Shown here: one piece after another, positions 62,104 through 64,000 of the stretch
Numbering within the stretch: position 1 is the first letter of the stretch
How the letters are laid out: each line of letters opens with the position of its first letter
Assembly: GCA_003971905.1 (NCBI GenBank)
Contig: RSEE01000027.1
Location: forward strand, 310,001 to 374,000
Length of the DNA: 64,000 nucleotides
From: Moniliella sp. 'wahieum'
Lineage: Eukaryota
Direction: 5' to 3'
The notes under the pieces: generated by a model
Told to the model about the DNA's origin: nothing
Databases searched by the model: none
What the model saw: the letters and a program-made list of their open reading frames with translations, nothing else
Translations under genes and position numbers: made by a program

Positions 62104-63824
62104 CTAATGGCAGCACAAAGGGCGAAGGTACACAGCAGTGTGGCGGGGTTTATTTATACGGAAAGAGGGCCTGAATGCTGAGAGGAAGAGAGGCGGGTCC
62201 GTAGGATCAGAATGTTCGGAAAGGCTTTCTTCGTGCGTATCCCATTCTTGTGTTGAAAAATGTTGGTTGATGTAGGGCAAGATGAAGTCCCCTCCTTTGT
62301 CCTGATGTGTGCTGAGAACATGGTTAATGCGGTCCACGCTCGCGTTGATCAGTTTGGCCTGATTGAGCAGGGGCGTGAGCAAGTTGTGCCGCTCCCTCGC
62401 TCGCACCTCGAGTTCCGCCCGTTTGTTGCTTCTTCCTCCTCTAGTTCACCAATGGCGACGTAGAGCCGGTTAAAGAGGGCTTCGTGGTCGGAGGGAATGG
62501 CAATTTTGCAAAATTGCGGGCGTTGCTCCCATGCCACTTCGACCTTGTTCAAGACAGCAGCAAGGTGTCTGTGTCCAGGCCGGACCAGGCGTGCAAGAGC
62601 AAAAAGGGGGGTAGACGAGTTGGAGGGTGGTTAGTGAACCAATTCTTTTCATCGCCAGCCAACCGAGCGCAGGAGAGAAGGAGAAGGAGGAAAGGAAGAT
62701 GTATAGTATAACGTACGCAATCCGCTTGACCGTCTTGATATTCGCGTCGTGGGCTGCAACCACTTTGGGTAACCCCCTCCACAATGGTCCTCGCTTAGCA
62801 ATCGCGTCACTCAGGCACGCCGCCTCTTGAGGGTCTGGCGGGGTGCCAGTTGGGTAATAAGAAGGGAAGGCATCTGGTTTTGGGGCAATCAAAAAAGCAG
62901 CCTCAATCAGATCGTCAGATGCCGACCAAAGATTGTGGTGGCCCATAGAAAGGGAGTCGACGACTCTCGACCTAAGTTTCGCGGTCCTATGAGTATCTTC
63001 TTTCAAACGAGAAATGTTTTGGTCCTTCTGGGCTCATGCAGGATCACAATCAGCAAAGAGAAAAGAAAGAGGAAAAGGCCCAGGTCAGTCTTGATGGCCC
63101 GTTGCGAACGAGGGCGGGGGGCGACTTACGATGCGGAGGTCGTTTTGAGCCGATGCCACCTCGAGTTTCAGAGAGTCAATTTGTTCGGCCAAGCGGTTGA
63201 TTCCTACGCCCCAGTATCTCGGCTGCAACGACACGCACGAGTGTACTGTGTGCTTCTTCCGGCACGAACTCGCTCGACAAGGATTGGTATATGCCGGAAT
63301 CGGTGTCATCGACATCAACCAAGGGCCGTAACCAAAATTCCGGAAGTGGCACCATCCTTAGGATTAAGGCCATGAAGTCAGGACGGATATAAGTTCCAGG
63401 GGAGGACAAATCGCTGGCGGCAGAATCGGAGTCCGGAGTAGTAACAGGGCCATCCTCGTTCAGTACTCCCACGGGCTTTTTTTTGGGGGGGGGGGGAGAT
63501 GGGGGGGGGGGGAAGCAAGGATGAGACGGGTGTTTATATACAGAATGGATTGATGCATGCATGCATGCTTCCTGGCACGTCCATTCGTTTTGTTCCATCT
63601 CGGGGCGCCGAGAAGAGGATGCTGAGTCCCAGGATGGTTGGTGCGTTTGGGCCATCCTCTCCAAGGTCGCTTGAGTCTTCGCTGCGGAGGCCTAGGAGCT
63701 CCGCCGTTCTCCCGCTTCTGTGTGTCTCGCTTGCTCCGCAGCCACGGAGCAGTGGCGACTGGCTGCTCCCCGCTGTGGTGCGATTGCGTTGCACGGCATC
63801 ATGCTCGATCGTGGGCCCTGCCAT
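62104..63824 (-). CDS. Hypothetical multi-exon protein with coiled-coil-like segments
   Basis: Same-strand ORF pieces are linked by canonical introns (GTAAGT...CTGAT...CAG near 63030-63129; GTACGT...CTAAC...CAG near 62570-62717): EQIDSLKLEVASAQNDLRI|KDQNISRLKED... and ...LNKVEVAWEQRP... The start is uncertain. Confidence 0.6.
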
Positions 63825-64000
63825 CACAGAGATGCTGCTCCGGCAGGTGTCTTCCAACCGAGCTTCCCTTCGCTGCACGGAGGCGTTCCGTGGAAACGAA
63901 TAAGCATGCGGCAAAATAGAGAGAAGCAAATCCCAACACCATATAGCACGCCCTCTCTTCCACACATATATAGCCCCCCCCTCTCTCTGATCTATCCCCC

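Overview
This is high-GC eukaryotic DNA, not prokaryotic. It looks like a basidiomycete fungus, most likely Ustilaginomycotina, judging from the short GT...CTRAC...YAG introns, intron-containing tRNAs and a Malassezia SMG1/LIP1-type lipase. The window holds about 19 protein genes: IML2/TTC39, SIP5, a cryptic C2H2-tail gene, PDX1, a bacterial-type Ser/Thr dehydratase, KRE6, a LacA/Maa acetyltransferase, a Zn-ADH, a class-3 lipase, IRE1, OSH3, SOL, a GYP5-like RabGAP, PHO88, SUR2, SEN34, TSR2, a HAD phosphatase and three orphans. It also has three intron-containing tRNA genes: Phe-GAA, Gln-CTG and Pro-AGG. Nearly every CDS, including essential ones, is broken by single-base losses, often in homopolymers. 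These are best explained as uncorrected long-read errors, so gene ends are approximate. The most notable signals are: (1) a family of mostly promoter-proximal 7-bp-period arrays sharing the pattern T(G/A)A plus a 4-bp palindrome; (2) an intronless dehydratase with alphaproteobacterial-type motifs, a horizontal-transfer candidate; (3) a hidden spliced gene ending in CxxC-x6-H-x2-H; (4) a 16-bp AT-rich direct repeat around a 76-bp insert. I found no CRISPR array, rRNA or intact transposon. All family calls are motif recognition by eye; no database search was run.
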